In this document: one piece after another, positions 1-13,900 of the stretch
How the letters are laid out: each line of letters begins with the position of its first letter
Position numbering within the stretch: the first letter of the stretch is position 1
Assembly (NCBI GenBank): GCA_028826165.1
Contig: JAPDFW010000059.1
Coordinates: 1,116,001 to 1,180,000 of the forward strand
Length of the DNA stretch: 64,000 nucleotides
DNA from: Anaeramoeba ignava BMAN
Lineage: Eukaryota > Protista > Anaeramoebae
Direction of reading: 5' to 3'
Position numbers and translations under genes: made by a program
The notes under the pieces: generated by a model
Told to the model about the DNA's origin: nothing
Database searches by the model: none
The model's input: the letters and a program-made list of their open reading frames with translations, nothing else

Positions 1-168
1 AATTTCATTTTTTTGATTATTCTGTTCGTGAATTATTTGATCTTCTTGTGTTTTTTGATTTTGTTGGTTTTTTGGATCCTTTTCATTGATTTTTTCTTTT
101 TTAATTGGTTTTTGTTTTTGATTTAATTTTTGATTTGGTTTTTCTGTTTGATTTCTGTTTGTGTTCAT
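1..168 (-). CDS. 5' part of a hypothetical Q/N/K-rich protein (runs off the window)
   Basis: ATG at 168, then an open frame to position 1 (MNTNRNQTEKPNQKLNQKQKP...). A TCATTTT-type element lies upstream at about 211-220. Divergent from Dcp2. Confidence 0.55.
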   Translation of the reverse strand, partial: MNTNRNQTEKPNQKLNQKQKPIKKEKINEKDPKNQQNQKTQEDQIIHEQNNQKNEI

Positions 169-313
169 TTTATTATTATTATTATTTTTTATTAAAAATG
201 TTTAAAAAAAAATGAAAAAATAAAAATTTTTTTTTCAATTTTTTTTTTAAAAAATTATTTTTCATTTTTTTCCTTTTTTTATTTTAAAATTTAATTAATT
301 AACAATAAATAAA

Positions 314-3300
314 ATGCAATCTAAATTAAATTTATTTCGAGATTTAGCAAGGTTTTAATTTAAAATGAAATAAAAATTTAAAAATAAAAATTTAAAAATA
401 AAAATTTAAAAATAAAAATTTAAAAATAAAAATTTAAAAATAAAAATTTAAAAATAAAAATAAAAAGTCGATTTGTTATCAATTCAGAAGAATTTAAAAA
501 TGAAGATTTAATTGGAATTATTTTTAATATTGAAAAAGCTTACTGGTTTTATTTAGATTATTATTATCTAAAGTTTCAAAATGATCAAAAGTTTCCTAAA
601 TTTAGTTTCCATGATTTTTATAAAAAATATATCCTTTTAAAATTTTTTAAAACAAATTGATTTTTTTTTTAAAAAAGCAATTTTCTTAAAATTTGTTTGT
701 TTTCTTTGATTTCTCTTTCATTATGATTGATTACTTTGTGAATTTATTTTTGAAAGTTATGACGGAATGGATTTAAAAAAGGATTATTTTTTTGAATATA
801 CAAAAAGAATTCCATCACATGGAGTTGTTTTCTGTAATGACAAGAAAGAAGTAATTCAATTTCAATTTCAATTTCAATTTCAAATTCAAAATCAAATTCA
901 AAATCAAAATCAAAAATTTAATTTCAAATTCAATTTCAAATTCAAATTCAATTTCAATTTCAATTTCAATTTCAAATTCAATTTTAAATTCAATTTCAAT
1001 TTCAAATTCAATTTCAAATTCAATTTCAATTTCAAATTCAATTTTAATTTCAATTTTAATTTCAATTTCAATTTCAATTTAAAATTTAATTTCAATTTCA
1101 AATTCAATTTCAATTTCAATTTCAATTTCAAATTCAATTTCAATTTCAATTTTAATTTCAATTTCAATTTCAATTTTAATTTCAATTTCAATTTCAATTT
1201 CAATTTCAATTTCAATTTCAATTTCAAATTCAATTTCAATTTCAAATTCAAATTCAAATTCAATTTCAAATTCAAATTCAATTATAATTTCAATTATAAT
1301 TTCAATTTCAAATTCAATTTCAATTTCAATTTCAATTTCAAAATCAATTTCAATTTTAATTTCAATTTCAAATTCAATTTCAATTCCAATTTCAATTTCA
1401 ATTTCAATTTCAATTTCAATTTCAATTTCAATTTCAATTTCAATTTCAATTTCAATTTCAAATTCAATTTTAATTTCAATTTCAAATTCAAATTCAATTT
1501 CAAATTCAATTTTAATTTCAATTTCAAATTCAAATTCAATTTCAATTTCAATTTCAAATTCAATTTCAATTTCAATTTCAAATTCAAATTTAATTTCAAT
1601 TTCAATTTCAATTTTAATTTCAATTTCAAATTCAATTTCAATTTCAATTTCAATTTCAATTTCAAATTCAATTTCAATTTCAAAATCAAATTCAATTTCA
1701 ATTTTAATTTCAATTTCAATTTCAATTTCAATTTCAATTTCAATTTCAATTTCAATTTCAAATTCAAATTCAATTTCAATTTCAAATTCAATTTCAATTT
1801 CAAATTCAATTTCAATTTCAATTTCAATTTCAATTTCAATTTCAAATTCAATTTCAAATTCAATTTCAATTTCAATTTCAATTTCAATTTCAATTTCAAT
1901 TTCAATTTCAATTTCAAATTCAATTTCAATTTCAATTTCAATTTCAAATTCAATTTCAAATTCAATTTCAATTTCAATTTCAAATTCAATTTCAATTTCA
2001 ATTTCAATTTCAATTTTAATTTCAATTTCAAAATTTAGTGTTTTATTATTAAAGGAGTTGGAAAATGTCATTATCAATCATTTCCAAGAGGAAAAAGAAA
2101 TGAAAATGAAGAGGATCATGAATGTGCAATTAGAGAAATAAAAGAAGAATTAAATTTAGATATTTCAAAACATATAGATCCAAAAAAATTTGTTGAACCA
2201 AGCCCAAAAAAAAAAAACCGAAAAGAAGGAAAACTTTATATAATTGAAAATTTTGATAAATTTTCTGATTTGAAAATTAATGAAACAGAAATTTATCATT
2301 CGGAATGGAAAAAATTAAAAGATTTAATAGAAAGTAGTTTTTTTTCTTAAATTAAACAAAAATTTCTTATTTTTTTTATTCATAAAAATTTGTTTTTGTT
2401 TTTGTTTATTTTAGAAAAAAGTAACTTTGATGGTTTTGTATTACGGTATTTATTTATTTATTCATTTATTTCCATTTTGGGATATTATTGATCTATTAAT
2501 TTACTTAAAATCTACCAAAAAAATAAATTTATAATAAATAAAGTGAAATTCAAAAGAAATTGGTGCATGATCAGAATTTTGATAATTGGCTAAAAAATCC
2601 AAACGAAAATAAAAATCAAAATCAAAATCAAAATCCAAAATCAAAATCAAAATTTAAATCAAATTCAAATTCAAATTCAAAATCAAAATCAAAATCAAAA
2701 TCAAAATCGAAATCCATTTTATTTCAAAAATGAATTGGGAACTTCTCTTCAAAATCAATTTAAAAATCAAAATCAAAATCAAAATCAAAATCAAAATCAA
2801 AATCAAAATCAAAATCAAAATCAAAATCAAAATCAAAATCAAAATCAAAATCAAAATCAAAATCAAAATCAAAATCAAAATCAAAATCAAAATCAAAATC
2901 AAAATCAAAATCAAAATACAAATCCATTTTATTTCAAAAATGAATTGGGAACTTCTCTCCAAAATCAATTTAAAAATCAAAATCAAAATCAAAATCAAAA
3001 AAATCAAAATCAAAATCAAAATCAAAATCAAAATTTAAATCAAAATCAAAATCAAAATCAAAATCAAAATCAAAATCAAAATAAAAATCAAAATCAAAAT
3101 CAAAATCAAAATCAAAATCAAAAACAAAAACAAAATCAAAAACAAAAAATCTATTTAAAAATCAAAATCAAAAAATCAAAATCAAAATCTATTTAAAAAT
3201 CAAAATCAAAATCAAAATCAAAATCAAAATTTAAATCAAAATCAAAATCAAAATTTAAAAAAAGTTCAAATTCAAAATAGAGATCGATTTAACAAGGAAA

Positions 3301-3769
3301 TATCGGCACCATGGTTGATAAAAAAAGGAAGCCCGAGTTTTGATAAAAATTTCAAGAACAATTTTTATAATTATAATGATAATGAAAGCGATAATTATAA
3401 TGAAAGTGATAATTATAATGAAAGTGATAATTATAATGAAAGCGATAATTATAATGAAATGATAATGATAATGATAATGATAATGATAATGAAAGTGATA
3501 ATGATAATGAAAGTGATAATAATAATGAAAGTGATAATTATAATGAAAGTGATAATTATAATGAAAGTGATAATTATAATGAAAGTGATAATTATAATGA
3601 AAGTGATAATGAAAATGAAAGTGATAATTATAATGAAAGTGATAATTATAATGAAAGTGATAATGATAATGAAAGCGATAATTATAATGAAAGTGATAAT
3701 TATAATGAAAGTGATAATGATAATGAAAGTGATAATGATAATGAAAGTGATAATGAAAGTGATAATTAA
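314..3769 (+). CDS. DCP2: mRNA-decapping enzyme Dcp2 (Box A + Nudix domain, long Q/N and ESDNYN low-complexity tail), multi-exon
   Basis: Exons 314-351, 468-628, 735-850, 2039-2333, 2415-2445 and 2544 to about 3769 join in frame. They give DLASRFVIN...IEKAYWFYLDY (Box A), YTKRIPSHG and SFPRGKRNENEEDHECAIREIKEELNLDIS (Nudix box GX5EX7REUXEE). The tail has repeat-associated frameshifts, so the 3' end is approximate. Confidence 0.88.
629..734 (+). other. U12-type (minor spliceosome) AT-AC intron in Dcp2
   Basis: 5' end is ATATCCTTTT and 3' end is TTAC. Removal joins T628 to TT735-736, giving FYKK-F-CEFIF in frame with the downstream Dcp2 sequence. The unspliced frame hits a TGA. Confidence 0.85.
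851..2038 (+). repeat. Intronic (TTCAAT/TTCAAA)n microsatellite filling a 1188-nt GT-AG intron of Dcp2
   Basis: GTAATT...TTTAG boundaries. Splicing gives NDKKE|CFIIKG in frame. Confidence 0.9.
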
Positions 3770-4018
3770 AAATCCAAATCTTAAAAAAATAATTTAAGAT
3801 TTAAAAGAAAATTATTTAAGATTTAAAAAAAAAAGAAAATTTATATTTTATTTTTTAATTCATTTTTATTAAAAAAAATTAAAAAGAAAAAAAAATTATT
3901 TATTTTCTTTATTATTTTTTTATTTTTTCCATTTCATTTTTTCTTTTCTTTTTTAAAAATAAAAAATTCAAAAAAAAAAAAAAAAAATTTTTTTTAACTG
4001 AAAATTCTTTGGAACAAA

Positions 4019-7000
4019 ATGAATAATTTAAATGAATTAATTGAACTTATAAAAGGAGAAGAGGAAGAAGAAATCAAAAAATTTTTTGGGTCACTTGCAA
4101 ATAAAAAGCAATTTATAGAAGAATTACCAAAAACAGAAGATCATCCAATTTTAATCGCAACAAAATTAAATAAAAAAAAAGCAATTCAAGCACTTCAACG
4201 AAATGGAATTTCATTGAATACTCAAGATAAAAATGAAACAACTCCACTTCGTTTAGCTATTTCGGATGATAATGCTGAGCTTGCTGAATTTCTTATAAAT
4301 TCTGGAGCAAATCACCGAATGCAAGATTCTCAATTATGGTAAAAAATCCAATTATAAATTTTAATTAATTCTAATTATAAATTCTAATCATAAATTTCCC
4401 ATAAGTTCTAATTATAAATTTCAATTAAATTTTAATTATAAATTTCAATTATAAATTCAATTAAATTTTAATTAAATTTTAATTATAAATTCCCCATTAA
4501 TTTTAATTATAAATTTCCCATTAATTTTAATTATAAAATTCAATTAGTTCTAATTATAAATTATAAATTATAAAATCAATTATAAATTATAAATTATTTT
4601 TTTTTTTGCTTTTTTTTTGGTTCTTTTTTCCTGTTTTTTGTTTTTTTTGGATTTTGATTTTCAAATTGTTTTTAATTGTTTTTAATTGTTTTGATCATTA
4701 TTAAAAATTAAAAATTATTCCAATTTTCAATTCAAACATAAATTAAAAATTAAACCCCTTTCTAAATAGCAAATCAATTAAAATTAAAATCTAAAATTAA
4801 AATTAAAATCAAAATTAAATTTAAAATTAAAAATTAAAATCAAAATTAAAATTTAAAATTAAAATTAAAATTAAAATCAAAATTTAAATTTAAAATTAAA
4901 ATTAAAATTAAAATTAAAATTAAAATTAAAATTAAAATTAAAATTAAAATTAAAATTAAAATTAAAATTAAAATTAAAATTAAAAATTAAAATTAAAATT
5001 AAAATTAAAAAATTAAAATTAAAATTAAAATTAAAATTAAAATTAAAATTAAAATTAAAATTAAAATTAAAATTAAAATTAAAATTAAAATTAAAAATTA
5101 ATATTAAAATTAAAATTAAAATTAAAATTAAAATTAAAATTAAAATTAAAATTAAAATTAAAATTAAAATTAAAATTAAAAATTAAAATTAAAATTAAAA
5201 TTAAAATTAAAATTAAAATTAAAATTAAAATTAAAAAAATTAAAATTAAAATTAAAATTAAAATTAAAATTAAAATTAAAATTAAAATTAAAATTAAATT
5301 TAAAATTAAAATTAAAATTAAAATTAAAAATTAAAATTAAAATTAAAATTAATATTAATATTAAATATTAATATTAAAATTAAAATCGGAAAAAAAAATC
5401 TTTTATTTTTATAGGAATTCATTACATTTTGCAGCAGCAAACAACAAACCAAAATGTGTAGATTTATTATATAAACTTGATCCAATGATGGGGAAAATCA
5501 CGGACAAATCAGGATTTACACCATTTCATCGAGCAGCATATTGCAATTCAGTTGAAGCAGGAAAAATATTTATTGAAAAAGACAAGACAATTATAGAATC
5601 ATTAACAACAGCATCATTGCAAGCGATTCACTGCGCGGCAATGGGAGGATCAACAGAGTTCATCAAACTGCTTTTGGAAAATAATATTCATGTTGATACT
5701 TTATCCCCTGATTTTCAAACCCCATTGCTTTTTGCTTGCACTTTTGGTCATGAAAAAACTGTTAGTTTCCTCATAGGAAATGGTCGCGCTGATATCAATA
5801 GAAAAGATGGTGAAGGTCATAACCCTTTACAATTGGCTCAAATGAATAACCAATTTGGTGTAGCTCAGATTTTGATGAGAGAGAAAGGAATGAAAAGTGA
5901 TATTCATGATGTTGTTAGAGATGGAAATCCAAAAAGAATTCAGGATCTTTTAGATAATTCCATAAAAATGCTAGAAGGTATTTTGTTTTGAGATTAAAAT
6001 TTAAATTTAATTAAAATCAAAATTAAAATTAAAATTAAAATCAAAATTAAAATCAAAATTAAAATCAAAATCAAAATCAAAATCAAAATTAAAATCAAAA
6101 TCAAAATTAAAATCAAAATTAAAATCAAAATTAAAATCAAAATTAAAATCAAAATCAAAATTAAAATCAAAATTAAAATCAAAATTAAAATTAAAATCAA
6201 AATTAAAATTAAAATTAAAATTAAAATCAAAATTAAAATTAAAATTAAAATTAAAATTAAAATTAAAATTAAAATTAAAATTAAAATTAAAATTAAAATT
6301 AAAATCAAAATTAAAATTAAAATTAAAATTAAAATTAAAATTAAAATCAAAATTAATTAAAATTATAATTATAATTATAATTAAAATTAAAATCAAAATC
6401 AAAATTAAAATTAAAATTAATTTAAAATTAATTTAAAATTATAATTAAAATTAAAATTAAAATTAAAATTATAATTAAAATTAAAATTAAAATTAAATTT
6501 AAAATTAAAAATTTATTTTAAAAATTAAAAATTTATTTTAAAAATTAAAAATTTATTTTAAAAATTAAAAATTTATTTTAAAAATTAAAAATTTATTTTA
6601 AAAATTAAAATCGGATAAAAATTAATAGCACAAGACTTAGACGGAAATACACCACTTCATATAGCATGCCTAAAAGACGAAACAGCACCTTTAATAGTGG
6701 AACTTTTATTAAAATACGGAGCAAACCCTAACGCAAAAAACAATAAAAACATCACACCGCTCTTTTATGCAGTTCACAAAGGAAACATAGACATACTAGA
6801 ACTTCTCATAAAAAACAATGCAGACACAACACACTTGGACAAGGATGGATATTCGATTGTGGATTACTCAATAATAGAAGGACACAACACAATACTTGAT
6901 TTTCTGATCCAAAAAGGATCTGATCCAAACCAAAAATTGCACGGTAAAGAGAAGACAATTCTGCACTTGGCGGCAGAAAAAGCAAACCAATCAGTGATAC

Positions 7001-10000
7001 AGATACTGGTGAAAAGCGGAGCAGACGCGTCAGTTGTTGATGAAAACGGAAAAACACCTGTTCATATTGTTGTCGAGAAAAACAAAACAAACGAACTTTC
7101 TTCGCTTTTAAACGCGAAGGAAATAGACAAAGCGCTGGAGACTTTTGATGCGGAGGAAATGACGCCGTTGATGAGAGCAATCAAGCTGGGAAATAATGAA
7201 TGCATTAAGCTTATTTCGCGGAAAAGAGTCGGAATCAACATGATCAACTCGAAAGGAGAATCCGCAATTTTTCTATCAGTGGAAACAAAAAACAGAAGCG
7301 TTTTCAAGCTGTTGATGTCGTTCCATCCTGACATCAATACGCAAGACAATACAAAGAAGACTCTGTTGATGAAATCAATTGAGATGAACTTGCCATTGTT
7401 CGCGCTCCAAATTTTGTCAGCCAAACCAGATCTCTCGTTGAAAGACGAAGAAAACAAAACAGCGCTTGATTACGCGATCGAGGGGAAGAACGGGAAAATG
7501 GTAGAGATGATGGTCACAAAGGAGGCACCCTCAGGAATATATAATTCTGACACAATCCTCCATGAATGTATCACGAGAAATGTGGATCAACTCGAAATTC
7601 TGATTCCCACACTCGATAAACAACTGAAAAATAAAGACAAGGAAGGAAACACGCCTCTCCATATTGCCGTGATCAAGAAGGATATCGCGGTGATCAAGAT
7701 TCTATCGAAATTTGCAATTGATTTGGAGGCGAAAAACAGCAACGGAAACACAATTTTGCATTTTCCCAATTTTAGCGTTTATTCGATCTTGTTCTCCAAA
7801 TGGAAACATCGAAAGGAGTTTCTGGACACACCAAACGGCGATGGGAAAACACCGCTGCACATCTGCTGCGAGATGGGGGAACTGAAGTGCTGCCAGACAC
7901 TTGTAACATGGGGAGCGGATATAAACCCAGTCGACAAACAAGGCGCAACGCCTATTTTACTCGCGGAAATGAACGCAAAGCTTGATTGTGTGGACTTCCT
8001 TTTCCAGTGCGGCGCAGTTCTTCCTTATGAAGACGCCATGAAGAACAAAGACCGCAACATGATTTTTCTTCTGATCCAAAGAGGTCTTGTATACACCCTC
8101 AAAAAATACGATCCAAAACGTCTTTCTCCTCTCCAGCTCGCAGCTCAATCAGGCGATCTTGTAGTCGCAAAACTTCTTCTGGAAAATGGAGCAGATATCA
8201 CCCATCATGCAGACACACAAAAACCGCACGAAATTGCAAAACAATCCCATCCAGACTCAGAAATCGCTCAATTTCTCGAAAGAGAGTTCGAAAGACAATC
8301 CTTGATTTCTCAATTTTTTGTGTCGGAAAAAAACTACATTGAGTCGCTCAATATCCTCCTCAGCGACTTCATACCCTCGCTTTATGAGCAGAAGATTATC
8401 AGCGATAAGGATTTCGAGGATATTTTTATCAACATTGAAGAAATTTCAGAAATTGGAACAAAATTCCTTTTTTTCCCCTTCAAACAACGCATTGAAAAAC
8501 TTAATTCCAAAATGGGCATCGGCGATATACTTGTTGAATTCATCCCCAAACTCGAATGCTATGCAACATACGAACTCGAGTTTGAATCAGCGAAGAAGAA
8601 ACTGGAAAAATTGGAAAAACAGAATTTTGGGAATTTTGTCAAAAAATTCACTCCAAAAAAATCCGCCCTAAAATTCGATTTAAACGCAACACTGGAATTG
8701 CCCACCAAACGCATTGACGAGTATCTCTTGTTTGTGGAGAAGATACTCGCAACAACCCAAGAGACACATGTCGATAACGAGGATCTGCGCAAGGCCGGAA
8801 TGCTCTTGAACTCCGTGTCTGAGACAATCAAAGAACAAAAACAGGAAAAGGAAGTGACTGAGAATCTCGAGAAAATTCAAAGCAAACTCAGCGGCTCCTG
8901 GAATCTTGATCTACTTTCAGATCCAGACAGAGTGTTCATCCAGGAAGGCCACTTCGAAATGATCATTCCTGAAGAATTCACCAGTTTCTATGACACAAAA
9001 TTCGTCACTGAAACTCCTCAACCAAATCAAACCCAAAATAACGACACAAATGAAAACTCCCCAAACACTCAAACCCCCAAAAACATAGCAACTTTTCCGA
9101 CTGTCTCACATCCTCAAAAACCCTCTGAAAACATCCCCAAAACAGTGTCAACACAAATTTTCAAATCAACATCCCCTCTTGTGCGTGGAAGCGTCCAAAA
9201 ACGCATCTCCAACATCAAAGACAAATTCCGCAAGAAATGCCAGCTCTTTTTGTTTAATGATTACCTTATTGTTTGCAATGTCAAAAAACACAATTCTCTT
9301 GAGGTTCAAAATACATTCCCCCTCATCAAGCTCTTCATCCAAAACGAATTTACCGAGTACACAAACTCAATTCACAGCTTCCGTTTATTCTCAAAATCTG
9401 GAAGCTTAGTTTTTAGAGACAAAGACAAGCGCAAAATAGACTCTTGGATAGACACAACAAAAAAGGCAATTGGATCCGCAAAATTACTCTATTTGAAACG
9501 TAAAGGCGAAATTGTTCCTGATTCTTTTGATCCAAAAAAATTGGGAAGAAGAGCTCATCAAAAATTTCTATTTGACTCAAATTCAGACTCAAATTCAGAT
9601 TCAAATCCAGAATCACAACTCAAACAAAAAATAAAAATTACAAAATCATACACAAAATCCAATTCCGATCTTGATTTGAAATCAAGTTTTGATTCCCAAT
9701 CAAAATCAAATGAAAAATCAAATGAAAAACCAAATGAAAAACCAAATCAAAAATCAAATCAAAAATCAAATCAAAATTCAAATCAAAATTCAAATGAAAA
9801 ATCAAATGAAAAATCAAATGAAAAACCAAATGAAAAATCAAATCAAAATTCAAATCAAAAATCAAATCAAAAATCAAATCAAAATTCAAATCAAAATTCA
9901 AATCAAAAATCAAAATCAAAACCAAAATTGAAAATACATTCTGATTCAAATATTCAATCAGACCAAGATCTCAAACAAAAATATTCTCAATCCGCTCTTA

Positions 10001-10221
10001 TTCCCCAAAGTCCAAAAAATCAATTTTTTTACGCTCTTTGTTTTTATGTTAACCAAAATGAAGATAACGTTCAAAAATTAGAAATTATTGGTGAACATAA
10101 TTCAATAGAAAATTTTAAAACCCAAATTAAACAATTTCCTCAAATTGTTTCCTCTCAAAAACACAGAATTATAACAAGAACACTCAAATCTCAAACTTCA
10201 AGATTTTTTATCAAAATTTAA
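4019..10221 (+). CDS. Ankyrin-repeat Rho guanine nucleotide exchange factor (many ANK repeats + DH + PH)
   Basis: Exons 4019-4338, 5415-5977 and 6629-10221 join in frame (QDSQLW|NSLHFAA; LEA|QDLDGNTPLH). Many TPLH-type repeats, DH motifs (FFVSEKNYIESLNIL, LELPTKRIDEYLL) and a PH motif (LFLFNDYLIVC...DSWIDT). Confidence 0.9.
4339..5414 (+). repeat. Intronic (AAAATT)n microsatellite
   Basis: GT...AG intron 1 of the ankyrin-RhoGEF gene, largely made of AAAATT hexamers. Confidence 0.85.
5978..6628 (+). repeat. Intronic (AAAATT/AAAATC)n microsatellite plus a 20-nt tandem unit
   Basis: GT...AG intron 2 of the ankyrin-RhoGEF gene. Confidence 0.85.
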
Positions 10222-10364
10222 ATCTAAAATTTTAAATCATTTTATCAAAATTTATCATTTATTTCATGTTAAAAAAAAAATCCTTTTTATCAAAAAAAAA
10301 TTAAATAATTTTTTTCCTAATTTTTTTTTTAATTTGTTCTTTTTTTAAAACAAAAATGAATAAA

Positions 10365-10780
10365 AAATCAAAATCAAAATCAAAATCAAAATCAAAATCA
10401 AAATCAAAATCAAAATTAAATCCAAAATCAAAATCAAAATCAAAATCAAAATCAAAATCAAAATCAAAATCAAAATCAAAATCAAAATCAAATTCAAAAT
10501 CAAAATCAAAATCAAAATCAAAATCAAAATCAAAATCAAAATCAAAATCAAAATCAAAATCAAAATCAAAATCAAAATCAAATTCAAAATCAAAATCAAA
10601 ATCAAAATCAAAATCAAAATCAAAATTAAAATAAAAATCAAAATCAAAATTAAATTAAAATCAAAATTAAAATCAAATTAAATTCAAAATCAAAATCAAA
10701 ATCAAATTCAAATTAAATCAAATTCAAAATCAAAATTAAAATCAAAATCAAAATCAAAATCAAAATTAAAACCAAATTCA
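10365..10780 (+). repeat. Intergenic (AAAATC)n microsatellite
   Basis: Near-pure hexamer array between the RhoGEF stop and the BTB-BEACH start. Confidence 0.85.
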
Positions 10781-10903
10781 AAATCTATTTATCAAAGAAT
10801 TCTTTTTGATTCTTATTAAAAAATTTTTTTTTCCGTTTTTTATTTTCATTTTCATTTTTTCATTTTTTCATTTTTTTTTTCCTTTTTTTTTGAACAAACC
10901 AAA

Positions 10904-13900
10904 ATGAATAAAATAAATTTAAATTTAAATTCAAATTCAAATTCAAATTCAAAATCAAAATCAAAATCAAAATCAAAATCAAAATCAAAATCAAAATCAA
11001 AATCAAAATCAAAATCAAAATCAAATTCAAAATCAAATTTAAATTCAAAATCAAATACACAATCAAGATCCCAATCACAAATTATTGCTCGATCTCCAAC
11101 TCTAATTCCAACGACAATCCCACAACAAAAACAAATTAATTCAAAATCAAAATCAAAATTAAAATCAAATTCAAATTCAAATTCAAATTCAAAATCAAAA
11201 TCAAAATCAAATTCAAATTCAAATTCAAATCAAAATCAAAATCAAGAAATTCAATCCAAAATTAAAAAATTTAATAAATTCTTAATAAAACAAGCAAATA
11301 AACAAATTGGTTTAATGTTTGGAAATGAAAAAACTTCAGATTTTAAAATTTATTGTGGAAGAGATAAAATTTCAATTCCTTGTCATAAATCAATTTTAGA
11401 AGCTCGTTCAAAATATTTTATGATAAACAGAAGAGAAAATAATTTGGATACAATTTATTTTAATAATTTTGGTTCTGAAATTGTTAAACCAATTATTAAA
11501 TTTTTTTATAATGGAAAATTTAAATTTGATAAACAAAAATTTGATGAATATTTTAAATTTGCAAATGAAATTAAATTAAAAGAAATTCAAATCAAAATTG
11601 AACTTGAAATTCAATCAATTTTTAATATTGAAAATATTTTGGAAATTTATTTTAAATCTCAACAAATTAATTCAAAAAATCTTTCTCAAAATTGTGAAAA
11701 ATTTATTTTCCAAAATATTCAATTTATCATTTCAAATCCAAATTTTGATAAATATTTAAATCAAAATCAAAATCAAATTTACAACTTTATTGGATTAATT
11801 TCTTTAAATCAAAATCTCCCAAATAAACTTCAAATTATTCAACAAATTAAACAAAAATTGAATCAAAATGATCAAAAAAAATTGATAAAATTAATTAATT
11901 TTGAAATGAATCAAAAAGAAAATGAAAATGAAAATGAAAATGAAAATTCTTTTCCAACTTTATTAAATCAAATTCCAGAAACAAAATCAATTAATCAATT
12001 TCAAATTCAACAAATCAAAAATAAATTCAATTCCCAAATTCAAAATAAAATTGTTTTATTAAATTCAAATATCCAAGAATTTCAACAAGAAAATAAAACA
12101 AATGAAAGAATTTTATTAGACCATATCTTAAAATCTGTTGAATTGCAAACAAAAAAACAAAACTTTAATGCATATTCGCAACAACAAAAAATTTATTACA
12201 AAATATTACGTTGGGATTTTATGTGGAAAAAAAATTGGGAAATAAAATATTTTTCAAAAAAAATTATAAATGAAGAAAAAGAAAAAGAAAAAGAAAAAGA
12301 ATTTTTTATAAGTTTCCCAAATGGAAATCAACTTTATAAAATTTGGAATCAGATTTATCAAAAAGAATTTTCTGAAGTAAATTCAATTTTAAAAAATTTA
12401 AAAATTGATTTAAATTTAAATTTATTTTTATTTTTATTCAAAAATTGATTTAAATTCAAAAATTGATTTAAATTTAAAAATTGATTTAAATTTATTTTTA
12501 TTTTTATTCAATTAGATTAATGAAAAAATTATTGAATTTTTTTTATTATTCCAACTTTCATTTCTGAAATGGAATCCATCTCAAAAAAATCAAAATCAAA
12601 ATCAAAAACAAAATGAAAAACAATTTGAAAAATATTTTAAAGATGAAGAAATTGAAGAAGCAATTCTCAAAAAAGAAGCTCATCCAATTAATTTTATTAA
12701 TTTTATTTTATTTTTATTACAATTTCCAATATTTATTCTTTCAGGTATTTTATAGAAAATTTCAAATCAAAAATTCCAAAAATTAAATTTTAAAAATTAA
12801 AATTTAAATAATAAATAAGATTTACAAATAGAAGTTGTTTTAGAAAATATGTATTCGAAAAAACAAAATCAAATTCAAAATCAAAATCAAAATCAAAATC
12901 AAAATCAAAATCAAAATCAAATTCAAAATCAAAATCAAAATCAAAATCAAAATCAAAATCAAAATCAAAATCAAAATCAAAATCAAAATCAAAATCAAAA
13001 TCAAAATCAAAATCAAAATCAAAATCAAAATCAAAATCAAAATCAAAATCAAAATCAAAATCAAAATCAAAATCAAAATCAAATTCAAATTCAAAATGAA
13101 AATCAAAATGAAAATCAAAATCAAAATCAAAATCAAAATCAAAATCAAAATCAAAATCAAAATCAAAATGAAAAATCAAAATCAAGATGAAAATCAAATT
13201 CAAAATCAAAATGAAAATCAAAATCAAAATCAAAATCAAAATCAAAATCAAAATCAAAATCAAAATCAAAATCAAAATCAAAATCAAAATCAAAATCAAA
13301 ATCAAAATCAAAATCAAAATCAAAATCAAAATCAAAATCAAAATCAAAATCAAAATCAAAATCAAAATCAAAATCAAAATCAAAATCAAAATCAAAATCA
13401 AAATCAAAATCAAAATCAAAATCAAAATCAAAATGAAAATGAATTTGAAATTGAATTTGAAAATATAAATGAAATATATAAATATTTGATTTCTTTATCA
13501 ATTACCTCAATTATTTCCAAATCAAGATTTAATCGACAAGTTTTATTTGAAAATGGAATTTTTGAATTTCTTGAAAATTTATTGGAAATTACCAAAAATC
13601 ATTTCAAATTAATTGGAAATTTAAGAGTAAAAAATTTTACATTTCTAAATTAAATTTAAATTTCACTTTTTTTTTGATTAATTAATTCTTTTCTTTTATT
13701 AAAAAAAAATAATTTAAAAAGAAATCAAACCCTTCAATTTCAATTTATTTATTAATTGAAATTCAATTTATTCTTTCAGAAATTATGGAAATTTTAGATC
13801 AATTCTTAAGAGAAAGAGAAGTTTTTCCAAATCAAAAAATTTTGGAATCATTTCAAAAAACAAAAATAATTCTATTATTAATTGGTAAATAAATATTTCA

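Noticed and set aside
767-2038. 423-aa FNFN ORF and overlapping LKLK/IEIE ORFs
   Set aside because: Read-through of a Dcp2 exon into a stop-free microsatellite intron. The 'stop' is the TAG acceptor.
4339-6628. Microexons in the ankyrin-RhoGEF introns
   Set aside because: Direct splicing already gives full-length ankyrin junctions, and I saw no AG-NNN-GT units.
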